From assembly GCA_036383995.1 (NCBI GenBank), contig DASVNG010000029.1:2351-66350 (forward strand): a stretch of 64,000 nucleotides of DNA, read 5' to 3'. A model generated the notes under the pieces. The model did no database searches. It had not been told where the DNA came from and worked only from the letters and a program-made list of their open reading frames with translations. Numbering within the stretch: position 1 is the stretch's first letter; every line of letters begins with the position of its first letter. This document shows, piece by piece, positions 29,760-40,011 of the stretch. Source of the stretch: Pseudoxanthomonas sp. Its GTDB lineage: Bacteria > Pseudomonadota > Gammaproteobacteria > Xanthomonadales > Xanthomonadaceae. Position numbers and translations under genes: made by a program.

Positions 29760-31121
29760 TCAGGTCACCAGACGGAAAATGTCGTTGTAGAACGCCAGAC
29801 CCATCAGGCTGGCCAGCATGGCCAGACCCACGTATTGCCCGGTGGCCATGGCGCGCTCGCTAAGCGGACTGCCTTTGACCAACTCTATAAGGTAATACAG
29901 CAGGTGCCCGCCGTCCAAGACTGGGATCGGCATCAGGTTGATGATGGCCAGGCTGAGCGACAGCAAAGCCAGGAAATACAGGAACCAGTCGACTCCGCGC
30001 TTGGCCGTCGCATTGGCTACCTGGGCGATGGTGATGGGGCCGGAGATGTTCTTGATGGAGGCTTGGCCGGTCAACATGCGGCGAATCATGCCCAGCGAGC
30101 CGGAAGCCAGCTTGCCGGTTTCCTTGAATGCTGCGGGGATCGCGGCCAGCGGGCCGAATTGCTGTTTGGCATCGTAGGCCGCGGGCTGCAGCTGGGCCGG
30201 GGGGGCGATGCCCAAGGTCCAATATTCCTTGCCTGAATCCGGGTCGCGCCACCAGACCGGCAGGATGTCGAGCGCCAGGCGTTCGCCGTTTCGCTCGACT
30301 TCGATCATGGCGCCGCCGCCCTTGGCACCCAGCTTCTGCACCAGCGGCGAGATATCGCCGAAGCTGCGGACCGGGTCGCCATCGATAGCGGTGATCCGGT
30401 CGCCGGCGACCAGTACCTTGGAAGCAGGCGAGCCGGGTTGAGTCTTCTCGACCAGCGCCGGGGCCAATTGGTGTTGCCAGGCGAAACCGGCAAGCCCTGC
30501 CACGTTCTCCTGGTCGAAGCCGGGCGGCAGATCCGAAAGTGAAAGACTGCGGGTGTGCTCGACGCCCATCCGGTCGGAAACCACGATCTGCGGGTCGTGC
30601 CGGTCCATCGCCGCGGTGGTCATGGCCTGCAGGGCATCGCCCCAGGTGTTGACGGTCTGGCCGTCGACCGCCTGGATCCTGTCGCCGGCCACGAAGCCGG
30701 CCTTGGCGGCCAGGCCACGCGCCTGGCCCACCGTGGCGCTGTAGTCCTGCCGTCCGATCACGAACATCGCCCACAGCAGCGCCACGCACAACACCAGATT
30801 GGCGATGGGACCCGCCGCCACGATGGCGATGCGTTGCAGGACCGGCTTGCGGTTGAAGGCCTGCGGCAGTTCGGAAGCGGGCACGTCGCCCTCGGCCTCG
30901 TCCAGCATCTTCACGTAGCCACCCAACGGAATGGCGGCGATGGCGAATTCGGTGCCATGGCGGTCGTGGCGCGACCACAGCGGCTTGCCGAAGCCCACCG
31001 AGAAGCGCAGCACCTTCACGCCGCAGCGTTTGGCCACCCAGTAATGGCCGAATTCGTGGAACGTCACCAGGACGCCCAGGGCCACGATCATCCACCAGAT
31101 TGAGCCAACGATGTCACTCAT
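29760..31121 (-). CDS. rseP: RIP metalloprotease RseP
   Basis: 453 aa. HEFGHYWVA zinc motif, PDZ region, LNLLPIPxLDGG-type motif ([13 protein letters not shown]). Confidence 0.95.
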   Translation of the reverse strand: MSDIVGSIWWMIVALGVLVTFHEFGHYWVAKRCGVKVLRFSVGFGKPLWSRHDRHGTEFAIAAIPLGGYVKMLDEAEGDVPASELPQAFNRKPVLQRIAIVAAGPIANLVLCVALLWAMFVIGRQDYSATVGQARGLAAKAGFVAGDRIQAVDGQTVNTWGDALQAMTTAAMDRHDPQIVVSDRMGVEHTRSLSLSDLPPGFDQENVAGLAGFAWQHQLAPALVEKTQPGSPASKVLVAGDRITAIDGDPVRSFGDISPLVQKLGAKGGGAMIEVERNGERLALDILPVWWRDPDSGKEYWTLGIAPPAQLQPAAYDAKQQFGPLAAIPAAFKETGKLASGSLGMIRRMLTGQASIKNISGPITIAQVANATAKRGVDWFLYFLALLSLSLAIINLMPIPVLDGGHLLYYLIELVKGSPLSERAMATGQYVGLAMLASLMGLAFYNDIFRLVT

Positions 31122-32320
31122 GCGGGGAGTCTGTGGCCTTGTGTTTGCGCTAGTTGTGAGACGGCGTGTTCGGTGAGGCGGCGCGCCTGCGCGTCGGTCG
31201 CCAGCAGCGCTTCCAGCGACTCGGCCGGGGCTGCGGGCAAACGGGCGAGGGTCTCCTCGACCAGCGCGGGAATGGCTAGGAAACCGATTCGGCCCTGAAG
31301 AAAGGCTGAAACAGCGACCTCGTTCGCAGCATTCAGCACCGCAGGTGCGCTACCGCCGGCTTCCAGCGCCTGCCAGGCCAGGCGCAGGCAGGGGAAGGCA
31401 TCGGTATCGGGCCCTTCGAAATCCAGCCGCCCCTGGCTCAGCAGGTCCAACCCGGCCACGCCCGATTCGATCCGCTGCGGCCAGCCCAGGCCCACCGCCA
31501 GCGAGGTGCGCATGTCGGGCAGTCCCAGCTGGGCCAGCGTCGAGCCATCCACGAATTCCACCAGCGAATGCACCAGACTTTGCGGATGCACCAGTACGCC
31601 CAGCTTTTCGCCGGGCATGTCGAACAGATGGTGGGCTTCGATCAGTTCCAGGCCCTTGTTCATCAAGGTGGCCGAATCGACCGAGATCTTGGGGCCCATC
31701 GACCATTTGGGGTGGGCGACGGCTTGTTCGCGCGTGACCGAGGCGAGCGAATCCCGGCTGCGCCCGCGGAATGGCCCGCCCGAAGCGGTGAGCACGATGC
31801 GTCGCACGTCGCCCTGAGTCTGGCGTGAACGCAGGCATTGGAAGACGGCATTGTGTTCGCTGTCGATCGGGATGATCTCGGCATTTGCGCCGTTCGCCGC
31901 GGCCATGAGCAACTCCCCGGCCAGCACCAGCGACTCCTTGTTGGCCAGCAGCAGGCGCTTGCCGGCGCGTGCCGCGGCCAGGGTGGAGCCCAGACCGGCG
32001 GCGCCCACGATCGCGGCGATAACCGTGTCGCAAGCATCGCCCGAAACCAAGGCATCCAGCGCGGTGCCGCCCGCATGCGCCTGAGTGTCCAGTCCTGCCT
32101 CGCGCAAGCCGTCGCGCAGGGCGGCAAAACGCGATGGGTCGGCGATCACCGCGTGGGCGGGACGGTGGCGGACGCAAAGCGCGAGCAGTGCATCCACCTG
32201 GGTGCCTGCGCTCAGCACCGAAGCCCGCAGACGGTCGGGATGGCGCGCGATCACGTCCAGCGCCGAAGCGCCGATCGAGCCGGTGGCTCCGAGTACCGCG
32301 ATGGCGCGTGCAGAGCTCAT
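31118..32320 (-). CDS. dxr: 1-deoxy-D-xylulose 5-phosphate reductoisomerase
   Basis: 400 aa. [13 protein letters not shown] motif, LANKESLV. 4-nt overlap with the rseP start. Confidence 0.95.
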   Translation of the reverse strand: MSSARAIAVLGATGSIGASALDVIARHPDRLRASVLSAGTQVDALLALCVRHRPAHAVIADPSRFAALRDGLREAGLDTQAHAGGTALDALVSGDACDTVIAAIVGAAGLGSTLAAARAGKRLLLANKESLVLAGELLMAAANGANAEIIPIDSEHNAVFQCLRSRQTQGDVRRIVLTASGGPFRGRSRDSLASVTREQAVAHPKWSMGPKISVDSATLMNKGLELIEAHHLFDMPGEKLGVLVHPQSLVHSLVEFVDGSTLAQLGLPDMRTSLAVGLGWPQRIESGVAGLDLLSQGRLDFEGPDTDAFPCLRLAWQALEAGGSAPAVLNAANEVAVSAFLQGRIGFLAIPALVEETLARLPAAPAESLEALLATDAQARRLTEHAVSQLAQTQGHRLPA

Positions 32321-32321
32321 G

Positions 32322-33206
32322 TCAGAAGCCGAACAGTTCCTTGCCCAGCGCGAAGATCGGCAGTGCCGCCAGCACGCCGTCCAGGCGGTCCAGGATGCCG
32401 CCGTGGCCCGGAATCAGATTGCCCGAATCCTTGGCGCCGACGTGGCGCTTGAGCAGGCTCTCGAACAGATCGCCCGCCACCGAGAACAGCACCGTCACGG
32501 TGGCCACCACGAGGAAGGCAGGAACCTGGGGCGGTGTCAGCCCGGCGAACGCCGCGAACAGAAGCCCCGCCGCGACGCCGGCCAGCAAGCCCCCCAACAG
32601 GCCTTCGAGCGTCTTGTTGGGACTGATGCGTGGCGCCAGCTTGCGGCTTCCGAACAATCTGCCGCCGAAATATCGGCCGGCGAAATAGGCGCCGCTATCG
32701 GCGGCCCAGACGATGACCAATGCGGCAAGCAGCCAGAGATGGCCGCGCAGGTTGTCGACGCTGTCGGCGGCGGGCGTCTGGAAGTTGTCGGAGTGGATCA
32801 GGCAAAGCGCGCACCAGGCGGGAACCACGGCAAGCGTGCCGGCGGCCAGTTTGAAGACCCGCGCGTAGGTCTCGTGGTCGGAAGCGAAGTTGAAGAACCG
32901 CAGCCACAGCAAGGACAGAAACCACCAGCAGACGCCGGCCAGGACCACGATCTGGAACAGCGCCGGCGAAAGCCCGGATTCGGTGCGCGAAGCCCACAGC
33001 AGCAGCACCATCAGCATCAGGTTCGCTATCAGCAGCACGGTGCGCGACAAGGTATCGTCGATTTCCGCCAGCTTGAACCACTCCCATAGCCCGATCAGGA
33101 AAACCAGCGCCACCACCGCCGACAGCCATTGCGTCGGCAGCAGCAGGATCGCGGCGATGGCGAAGGGCGCCATGACCAGCGCGGCGATGATTCGGGTTCT
33201 GGTCAT
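32322..33206 (-). CDS. cdsA: Phosphatidate cytidylyltransferase
   Basis: ATG 33206 ([15 protein letters not shown]...) overlaps the uppS stop (ATGA). Multi-TM protein. C-terminal [27 protein letters not shown] signature. Confidence 0.92.
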   Translation of the reverse strand: MTRTRIIAALVMAPFAIAAILLLPTQWLSAVVALVFLIGLWEWFKLAEIDDTLSRTVLLIANLMLMVLLLWASRTESGLSPALFQIVVLAGVCWWFLSLLWLRFFNFASDHETYARVFKLAAGTLAVVPAWCALCLIHSDNFQTPAADSVDNLRGHLWLLAALVIVWAADSGAYFAGRYFGGRLFGSRKLAPRISPNKTLEGLLGGLLAGVAAGLLFAAFAGLTPPQVPAFLVVATVTVLFSVAGDLFESLLKRHVGAKDSGNLIPGHGGILDRLDGVLAALPIFALGKELFGF

Positions 33207-33979
33207 GCGGGCGATTGCTCCGTGGTGGCGTCGGCCACCTGTGCGCTGGTCAGTCCGAAACGACGCTCGCGGCGCGCGTAGTCGTCGATGGCCGATTGCA
33301 GGGTGGCGGCATCCAGTTCCGGCCACAGAAGTTCGGTGAACCACAGTTCCGTGTAGGCCAGCTGCCACAGCAGGAAGTTGCTGATGCGGTGGTCGCCGCC
33401 GGTACGGATGAACAGGTCGGGCGGCGGCAGATCGGACAGCGCCATCTTTGCCGCAACCGCGGTTTCGTCGATGTCCTCGACGCGCAACCGGCCTGCGGAG
33501 ACGTCGACGGCCAGCGCGCGCGCAGCGGCGGCGATGTCCTGGCGCCCGCCGTAGCTGGCGGCGATGACCAGGTCGAGCCGTTGGTTTGCGCGGGTCTGGT
33601 TTTCAGCGGCGTCCATGCGTTCGCGGATGGCGGGGGAGAAACGTTCGCGTTCGCCGATGAAACGCACGCGTACGCCGCGGCGGTCCAGTTCCTCCACTTC
33701 GCGGTCCAGCGCATTCATGAAAAGCTTCATCAGCGCGCCCACTTCTTCTTGCGGACGTCCCCAATTCTCGCTGGAGAAGGCGAACAGAGTCAGCGCGCGC
33801 ACGCCGCGTTCGAGGCAGAAATCGATGCAGACGTTGACCGCGCGCGCGCCGGCGCGATGGCCGATGATGCGCGGACGCCGGCGGCGCTCGGCCCAACGCC
33901 CGTTGCCGTCCATGATGACGGCGAGGTGGCGCGGCACGGCAGCAGGGGCGGGTGTGGATGCGGGCGGCATGGCAGTCAT
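33203..33979 (-). CDS. uppS: Undecaprenyl diphosphate synthase
   Basis: 258 aa. HLAVIMDGNGRWA and RTGGDHRISNFLLWQLAYTE motifs. Confidence 0.96.
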   Translation of the reverse strand: MTAMPPASTPAPAAVPRHLAVIMDGNGRWAERRRRPRIIGHRAGARAVNVCIDFCLERGVRALTLFAFSSENWGRPQEEVGALMKLFMNALDREVEELDRRGVRVRFIGERERFSPAIRERMDAAENQTRANQRLDLVIAASYGGRQDIAAAARALAVDVSAGRLRVEDIDETAVAAKMALSDLPPPDLFIRTGGDHRISNFLLWQLAYTELWFTELLWPELDAATLQSAIDDYARRERRFGLTSAQVADATTEQSPA

Positions 33980-33995
33980 CGGATATGCGACTGCG

Positions 33996-34553
33996 TCAGA
34001 CGGACATCAGTTCCTGTTCTTTGGCCTTCACCACCTCATCGACATCCTTGATCGCCTTGTCGGTGAGCTTCTGGATCTCGTCCTGGGTCTGGCGTTCCTC
34101 GTCCTCGGTGATTTCCTTTTCCTTCAACAGGTCCTTGACCTGCTGGTTGGCGTCGCGGCGGATGTTGCGGATGGCGATCTTGGAATTCTCGCCTTCGCCA
34201 TGCACGTGCTTGGACAGGTCGCGGCGGCGCTCTTCGGTCAGCGCGGGAATGTTGATGCGGATCACCGTGCCGGCGGTGTTGGGGGTCAGGCCCAGGTCGG
34301 AGGCCAGGATGGCTTTCTCGACCGCCGAAACCATCTGCTTTTCCCACGGGCTGATCGTGAGCGAACGCGCGTCGGTCACGGTCACGCTGGCGACCTGGGT
34401 CAGCGGCATGTCGGAGCCGTAGTAGTTGACCTTCAAATGATCGACCAGCGCGGTGGTGGCGCGGCCGGTGCGCAGCTTGGTCAGGTCGTGACGCAGCGCC
34501 TCGATGCTCTTGGCCATGCGCGCCTGGGCGTCTTTCTTGATTTCGTTGAGCAT
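33996..34553 (-). CDS. frr: Ribosome recycling factor
   Basis: 185 aa. [20 protein letters not shown]..., [24 protein letters not shown]. Confidence 0.97.
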   Translation of the reverse strand: MLNEIKKDAQARMAKSIEALRHDLTKLRTGRATTALVDHLKVNYYGSDMPLTQVASVTVTDARSLTISPWEKQMVSAVEKAILASDLGLTPNTAGTVIRINIPALTEERRRDLSKHVHGEGENSKIAIRNIRRDANQQVKDLLKEKEITEDEERQTQDEIQKLTDKAIKDVDEVVKAKEQELMSV

Positions 34554-34646
34554 CGCCGGATTCCATAGCAGTTTCTACGAACCCCTGATTATACGGGGTT
34601 TGACTGCTGGACCGGTTGGGCTTCCAGGGCGGCCTGCCTGCCGCGA

Positions 34647-35549
34647 TCAATGCGAATGATGCGGCGCGGCATCGTGCAGATCGTGCCCGCAGGCCATGCC
34701 TCGCTCGATCTGCAAAGTGGCGTGATTGATGCCGAAACGGTGGTCCAGCGCATGCGTGGTGGCATCGATGAAAGCATCGTGGTCCTGGTCTTCCGGACGC
34801 ACCAGGTGCGCGGTAAGGGCGATCTCGTTCGCGCCCAGCGGCCAGATGTGCAAGTGATGGACCGCCTTCACCCCGGGTTGGGACGCAAGGAAGGCCTGCA
34901 CTTCCGACTGGTCGATATTGGCGGGCACCGCGTCCATGGCCGCGTTGAAGCTATCGCGCAGCAGGCCGAAGGTGCCGACCGCGATCACGATGCCCACCAG
35001 CAGGGCGATGGCCGGATCCAACCAGGACCATCCCAGCAACAGCATGCCCGCGCCCGCCAGCACCGCCGCTAGCGAGACCGCCGCATCGGCCATCAGGTGC
35101 AGGAATGCGCCGCGCTTGTTCAAGTCGTGTCCGTGCCCGTCGCGCAGCAGCCATGCCGCGCCCAGATTCACGAAGATCCCTATCCCGGCGACCACCATCA
35201 CCGGTATGGCGGGGATGGAAGGCGGCGCGCTGAAACGCCGGATGGCTTCCCAGCCCAGAGCCCCGGAGAACACCATCAACAGGATGGAATTGGCCAGCGG
35301 CGACAGCAGGGTGGCGCGGCGCCAGCCGTAGGTGTGGCTTTGGGTGGGCGGGCGTTGCGCCAGTTTGGCGGCCGCCCAGGCCAGGCCCAACCCCAGCACG
35401 TCGCCCAGGTTGTGCAGGGCGTCGGAAAGCAGGGCCAGCGAATTGGTATGGAAACCGTAGCCGGCTTCCAGGGCCGTATAAGCCAGATTGACCAGAATGG
35501 CCCAACCGAAGGCTTGGGTAGCGGAACCGTGGGAGTGGGTGTGTGCCAT
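34647..35549 (-). CDS. Cation diffusion facilitator family transporter (CzcD/ZitB-like)
   Basis: 300 aa from ATG 35549 (MAHTHSHGS...). TM2 motif LLSDALHNLGD. HLMADAAVS. His-rich termini. Confidence 0.85.
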   Translation of the reverse strand: MAHTHSHGSATQAFGWAILVNLAYTALEAGYGFHTNSLALLSDALHNLGDVLGLGLAWAAAKLAQRPPTQSHTYGWRRATLLSPLANSILLMVFSGALGWEAIRRFSAPPSIPAIPVMVVAGIGIFVNLGAAWLLRDGHGHDLNKRGAFLHLMADAAVSLAAVLAGAGMLLLGWSWLDPAIALLVGIVIAVGTFGLLRDSFNAAMDAVPANIDQSEVQAFLASQPGVKAVHHLHIWPLGANEIALTAHLVRPEDQDHDAFIDATTHALDHRFGINHATLQIERGMACGHDLHDAAPHHSH

Positions 35550-35617
35550 GTGCGATAGCCTGGCCAATGCGGCTTGGCGGACACAATTACATCGGGAATG
35601 GGAAATCGGCCATTGCC

Positions 35618-35729
35618 TCCCCCCTTTGAAAAAGGGGGATTGAGGGGGATTTGCTTTTGCTTTTGCTGTTGCTGGCCTTAGAGCAAGATCAAGAGCAAAT
35701 CCCCCGTAGCCCCCTTTTTCAAAGGGGGC
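35618..35729. repeat. Palindromic intergenic element (ccccctttGAAAaaggggg type) with central GCTTTT/GCTGTT tract
   Basis: ccccctttgaaaaaggggg (left) and ccccctttttcaaaggggg (right) flank ttgcttttgcttttgctgttgctgg and agagcaagatcaagagcaa. Lies between the CDF gene start and the pyrH stop. Confidence 0.75.
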
Positions 35730-35756
35730 AAAGCAAAATCTCGCTAGTTCCCGGTT

Positions 35757-36482
35757 TCAGCTGCGCCCCTTCACCAGCGTACCGACGTTTTCGCCGCGCA
35801 GGATGCGCATCAGGTTGCCCGGCACCGACAGGTCGTAGATGCGCAGCGGCACGTCGCTGTCGCGGCACAGGGCGAAGGCCGCCGTATCCATGACCTGCAG
35901 ATCGCGGCCGAGGACTTCGTCGTAGGTCAGCTGGTCGAAACGCACGGCATCGGGGAACTTGCCCGGATCGCGGTCGTAGACGCCGTCGACCTTGGTCGCC
36001 TTCAGCAGAAGATCCGCGCCGATCTCGATCGCGCGCAAGGCCGCGCCCGAGTCGGTGGTGAAGAACGGGTTGCCGGTACCGGCGGCGAAGATGGCGATAC
36101 GGCCTTTCTCCAGGTGGCGCACGGCGCGGCGGCGGATGTAGTCCTCGCACACGTCGTTGATCTTCAGCGCGCTCATGACGCGCACGCGCGCGCCGAGTTT
36201 TTCCAGGGCGTCCTGCATGGCCAGCGCGTTGATCACCGTGGCCAGCATGCCCATCTGATCGCCGGTGACCCGGTCCATGCCGCTGGCGGCCAAACCGGCG
36301 CCGCGGAAGATATTGCCGCCGCCGATCACAAGGCCGATCTCGGCGCCCGCTTCGCGCGCCTCGATGATCTCGCGGGCGATGCGTCCGATCACGGCGGGGT
36401 CGATACCGTAGTCCTCGGCCCCCATCAACGCCTCGCCGGAAAGTTTGAGCAGGATGCGGCGATAGGCGAGGGGAGCGGTCAT
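35757..36482 (-). CDS. pyrH: UMP kinase
   Basis: [22 protein letters not shown] and [11 protein letters not shown] motifs. ATG 36482 (MTAPLAYRR) is chosen by homologue length; ATGs at 36488 and 36515 are alternatives. Confidence 0.92.
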   Translation of the reverse strand: MTAPLAYRRILLKLSGEALMGAEDYGIDPAVIGRIAREIIEAREAGAEIGLVIGGGNIFRGAGLAASGMDRVTGDQMGMLATVINALAMQDALEKLGARVRVMSALKINDVCEDYIRRRAVRHLEKGRIAIFAAGTGNPFFTTDSGAALRAIEIGADLLLKATKVDGVYDRDPGKFPDAVRFDQLTYDEVLGRDLQVMDTAAFALCRDSDVPLRIYDLSVPGNLMRILRGENVGTLVKGRS

Positions 36483-36538
36483 GGGCATCTCTGGCGTGGG
36501 GGTAAACAGGCTCATTCTAGCCGAGCCCGCAGCAGCCG

Positions 36539-36895
36539 TCAGGCCTGGGGTTCGTACACCGCGTACAGCTTGCGCGCCGGTTCCAACACTTCCCACACGC
36601 CTTGGAAACCGGCGGCTATCACGAAACTATCGCCGGCGCGCAAGGTGACATCGCTGCCGTCGTCGCCGCGCAGGCGCACGCAGCCGGCCAGCAGATGGCA
36701 GAACTCGTGCTCGGAATAGCTGACGCGCCATGCGCCCGCTTCGCCTTCCCAGATGCCGCAATGGAACGCATTGCCCGCATCGGAGTAGGCATTGGCGACG
36801 GTTTGCATCGGCGTGCCTGCGACCAGGCGCTCGCTGGCCACGGCTTCGGGTGCGTTGCCTGCGGTGTGGTGCGGGATACGGACGATGCCGGACAT
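36539..36895 (-). CDS. Cupin-domain protein (DUF861/cupin_3-like)
   Basis: 118 aa from ATG 36895, found inside track ORF 36539..37750. [57 protein letters not shown] is typical of small COG3450 cupins. Confidence 0.7.
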   Translation of the reverse strand: MSGIVRIPHHTAGNAPEAVASERLVAGTPMQTVANAYSDAGNAFHCGIWEGEAGAWRVSYSEHEFCHLLAGCVRLRGDDGSDVTLRAGDSFVIAAGFQGVWEVLEPARKLYAVYEPQA

Positions 36896-36973
36896 GGCCG
36901 AGGTTCCAGGACAAGGAGGACTTATTATGGCGATCGTGGCGAATCGTCGCCCGTCCATCATCAAGGAGCCGAT

Positions 36974-37669
36974 ATGAGTGTACGTACCCTGCAGGAATTC
37001 CTGGCCTCGTCGAAAGAAAAAGACGTCGGCAGCGATGCCTTCGAACTGGAAAGCTCGCACATGCTCGAAGTGCGCCTGAACGGCATGGTCTGGGCCAAGG
37101 CCGGGTCCATGGTGGCGCGCAAGGGCAACGTGAAGTTCACCCGTCAGGGCATCATGGAGCAGGGCCTGGGCAACCTGTTGAAGAAAATGGTCAGCGGCGA
37201 AGGCATGCAGCTGATGAAGGTGGAAGGCGAAGGCCGCGTGTACCTGGCCGACGCCGGCAAGAAGATCACCCTGCTGCGCTTGGCCGGCGAAGCCATTTTC
37301 GTCAACGGCAACGATGTGCTGGCGGTCGAGTCGGGCATCGAAAGCAAGATCACCATGATGCGCAAGGTGGCCGGCATGCTTTCCGGCGGCCTGTTCAATG
37401 TGCGCCTGAGCGGCAGCGGCATCGTCGCCATCACTTCGCACTACGAACCGTTGACCCTTCCGGTGAACGCGCAGACCGGCCCGGTATTCACCGACCCCAA
37501 TGCCACGGTGGCATGGTCGGGTGGTCTGACCCCGGAAATCGTCACCGATATTTCCCTGGGCACGCTGCTGGGCCGCGGTTCGGGCGAAAGCGTGCAGCTG
37601 CGTTTCGCCGGCGAAGGCTGGGTGGTGGTGCAGCCGTATGAGGAAGTGGTGTTCCAAGCCAAGGAATAA
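36974..37669 (+). CDS. AIM24 (DUF124/TIGR00266) family protein
   Basis: 231 aa from ATG 36974, with AAGGAG at 36963-36968. SGEGMQLMKVEGEGRVYLADAG...FVNGNDVLAVE...GGLFNVRLSGSGIVAITS follows the AIM24 repeat pattern. Confidence 0.7.
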   Translation: MSVRTLQEFLASSKEKDVGSDAFELESSHMLEVRLNGMVWAKAGSMVARKGNVKFTRQGIMEQGLGNLLKKMVSGEGMQLMKVEGEGRVYLADAGKKITLLRLAGEAIFVNGNDVLAVESGIESKITMMRKVAGMLSGGLFNVRLSGSGIVAITSHYEPLTLPVNAQTGPVFTDPNATVAWSGGLTPEIVTDISLGTLLGRGSGESVQLRFAGEGWVVVQPYEEVVFQAKE

Positions 37670-37698
37670 AAGAGACTGCACGGTCTCGGCGAACAGCC

Positions 37699-37795
37699 GT
37701 AGGTCGGCCCCCGTATCAAGTACGGGGCAAGCTCTACGTGGCCGACGCACGAGATAGCCGAGGTACTTCGTGTCGGGGGCGTAGCCCCGACCTAC
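37699..37795. repeat. GTAG-type REP inverted pair with inserted ccccgtatcaagtacgggg module
   Basis: gtaggtcgg...ccccgtatcaagtacgggg... faces gtcgggggcgtagccccgacctac. Same family as 56389-56486. Confidence 0.8.
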
Positions 37796-37801
37796 AGAAA
37801 C

Positions 37802-37830
37802 AAAAAAGCCGCGAAATTCGCGGCTTTTTT
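37802..37830. terminator. Bidirectional rho-independent terminator between AIM24 gene and tsf
   Basis: aaaaaa-gccgcg-aaatt-cgcggc-tttttt. The A-run and T-run flank a GC stem. Confidence 0.8.
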
Positions 37831-37852
37831 GCTTTCTGCGGGAAGTCGGCGG

Positions 37853-38731
<879 letters not shown>

Positions 38732-38884
38732 GGAATTACCTCGATATGCGTAGGGCGGGCCCAGGCCCGCCGTTATGAAATAGCCGGTCAATTCGAAACC
38801 GGCCATCGTTGAAACAATGGCGGGCCGGGGCCCGCCCTATGGATGGGCGGACGCGCACTTTGGCGCGGCCGCATTGCGCCGTGA

Positions 38885-39712
38885 TTACTCGGCGGCTTCG
38901 TTCTCGGCTACGTCGGCGGCTGCCGAAGCGGCCTTCTTGGCCGGGGCACGGCCGCGCGGGGCCTTGGCCGGCTTGCCGTCGGCGCCCAGCTCCACGAACT
39001 CTTCTTCGCGCACGGAGGCCGAATTGGGAGCGGCGGCCTTGCCTTCCAGCACGGCGTCGGCAGCGGCGCGCGCGTACAGCTGCACGGCGCGGATGGCGTC
39101 GTCGTTGCCCGGGATCGGGTAGTCGACCAGGGCCGGATCGTAGTTGCTGTCGACCACCGCGATCACCGGAATGCCGAGCTTCTTGGCTTCCTTGATGGCG
39201 ATGTCTTCATGGCCGATGTCGATCACGAACAGCGCGTCGGGCAGGCGGTTCATGTCCTTGATGCCGCCCAGCGAAGCGAACAGCTTCTCGCGCTCGCGGC
39301 GCAGGCCCAGCACTTCGTGCTTGACCAGCTTGTCGAAGGTGCCGTCGGTTTCGCCGGCTTCCAGCTCCTTCAGGCGCGCCACCGACTTCTTCACCGTGGC
39401 GAAGTTGGTCAGGGTGCCGCCCAGCCAGCGCTGGGTCATGTACGGCTGGCCGCTGCGGATGGCTTCTTCCTTCATCGGCTCGCGCGCGCTGCGCTTGGTG
39501 CCCAGGAACAGCACGATGCCGCGCTTCTGGGCGATGCCCGAGATGAAGTTCATCGCGTCGGAGAACAGCGGAACGGTCTTCTCGAGGTTGATGATGTGGA
39601 TCTTGCCGCGGGCGCCGAAGATGTACGGCGCCATCTTGGGGTTCCAATAGCGGGTCTGGTGGCCGAAATGGACGCCGGCTTCCAGCATCTGGCGCATGGT
39701 GACTTGGGGCAT
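38885..39712 (-). CDS. rpsB: 30S ribosomal protein S2
   Basis: 275 aa from ATG 39712 ([27 protein letters not shown]), with GGAG upstream. Ala/Glu-rich C-terminal tail. Confidence 0.96.
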   Translation of the reverse strand: MPQVTMRQMLEAGVHFGHQTRYWNPKMAPYIFGARGKIHIINLEKTVPLFSDAMNFISGIAQKRGIVLFLGTKRSAREPMKEEAIRSGQPYMTQRWLGGTLTNFATVKKSVARLKELEAGETDGTFDKLVKHEVLGLRREREKLFASLGGIKDMNRLPDALFVIDIGHEDIAIKEAKKLGIPVIAVVDSNYDPALVDYPIPGNDDAIRAVQLYARAAADAVLEGKAAAPNSASVREEEFVELGADGKPAKAPRGRAPAKKAASAAADVAENEAAE

Positions 39713-39948
39713 TGCAGTAACTCCTGATAGGGAACCGGCCGCCAGCTTTGGTAAAGGCGGTTGCCCGGCTGCGGGAGCGGCTGGGCGATGGTTCCGGGGT
39801 TGGGCCTCCCTGCGGCTTCCGTGTCCGAACCCCTTGATTCCATTGGGAATCTTGGGGCACCCCGGCACGGGCTGTGGCAGCAGGTGTGTATTTGCCGGTG
39901 TCGCCCGGCATGGGCGGTCTTGCGGGTTTGGCCCGACAAAGCCGCGGA

Positions 39949-39978
39949 ATTATAGCGGGCGGGCGCTCCAGGACGCAA
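39949..39978 (-). promoter_or_regulatory. Candidate sigma70 promoter for rpsB-tsf
   Basis: On the minus strand: TTGCGT (39978-39973), 18-nt spacer, TATAAT (39954-39949). This implies a ~230-nt 5' leader before the rpsB ATG. Confidence 0.4.
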
Positions 39979-40011
39979 ATTGCCCCCACGCCTGTGACCA
40001 GGGCTGCGGCC

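Noticed and set aside
23577-33206. Chain of 4-nt ATGA/GTGA start-stop overlaps (lpxB/rnhB, lpxA/lpxB, lpxD/fabZ, rseP/dxr, uppS/cdsA).
   Set aside because: This is ordinary translational coupling in conserved envelope-biogenesis operons, not an unusual recoding signal.
35651-35700. Short tandem GCTTTT/GCTGTT and AAGAGCAA tracts (also at 238-290), considered as a possible CRISPR or VNTR.
   Set aside because: There are only 3-4 imperfect 6-nt units embedded in a palindromic REP-type element. There is no repeat-spacer periodicity and there are no cas genes in the window.
39713-40011. Looked for an intrinsic terminator after cluster gene E and before the rpsB promoter.
   Set aside because: No convincing GC stem plus U-tract was found, so no terminator is annotated there.
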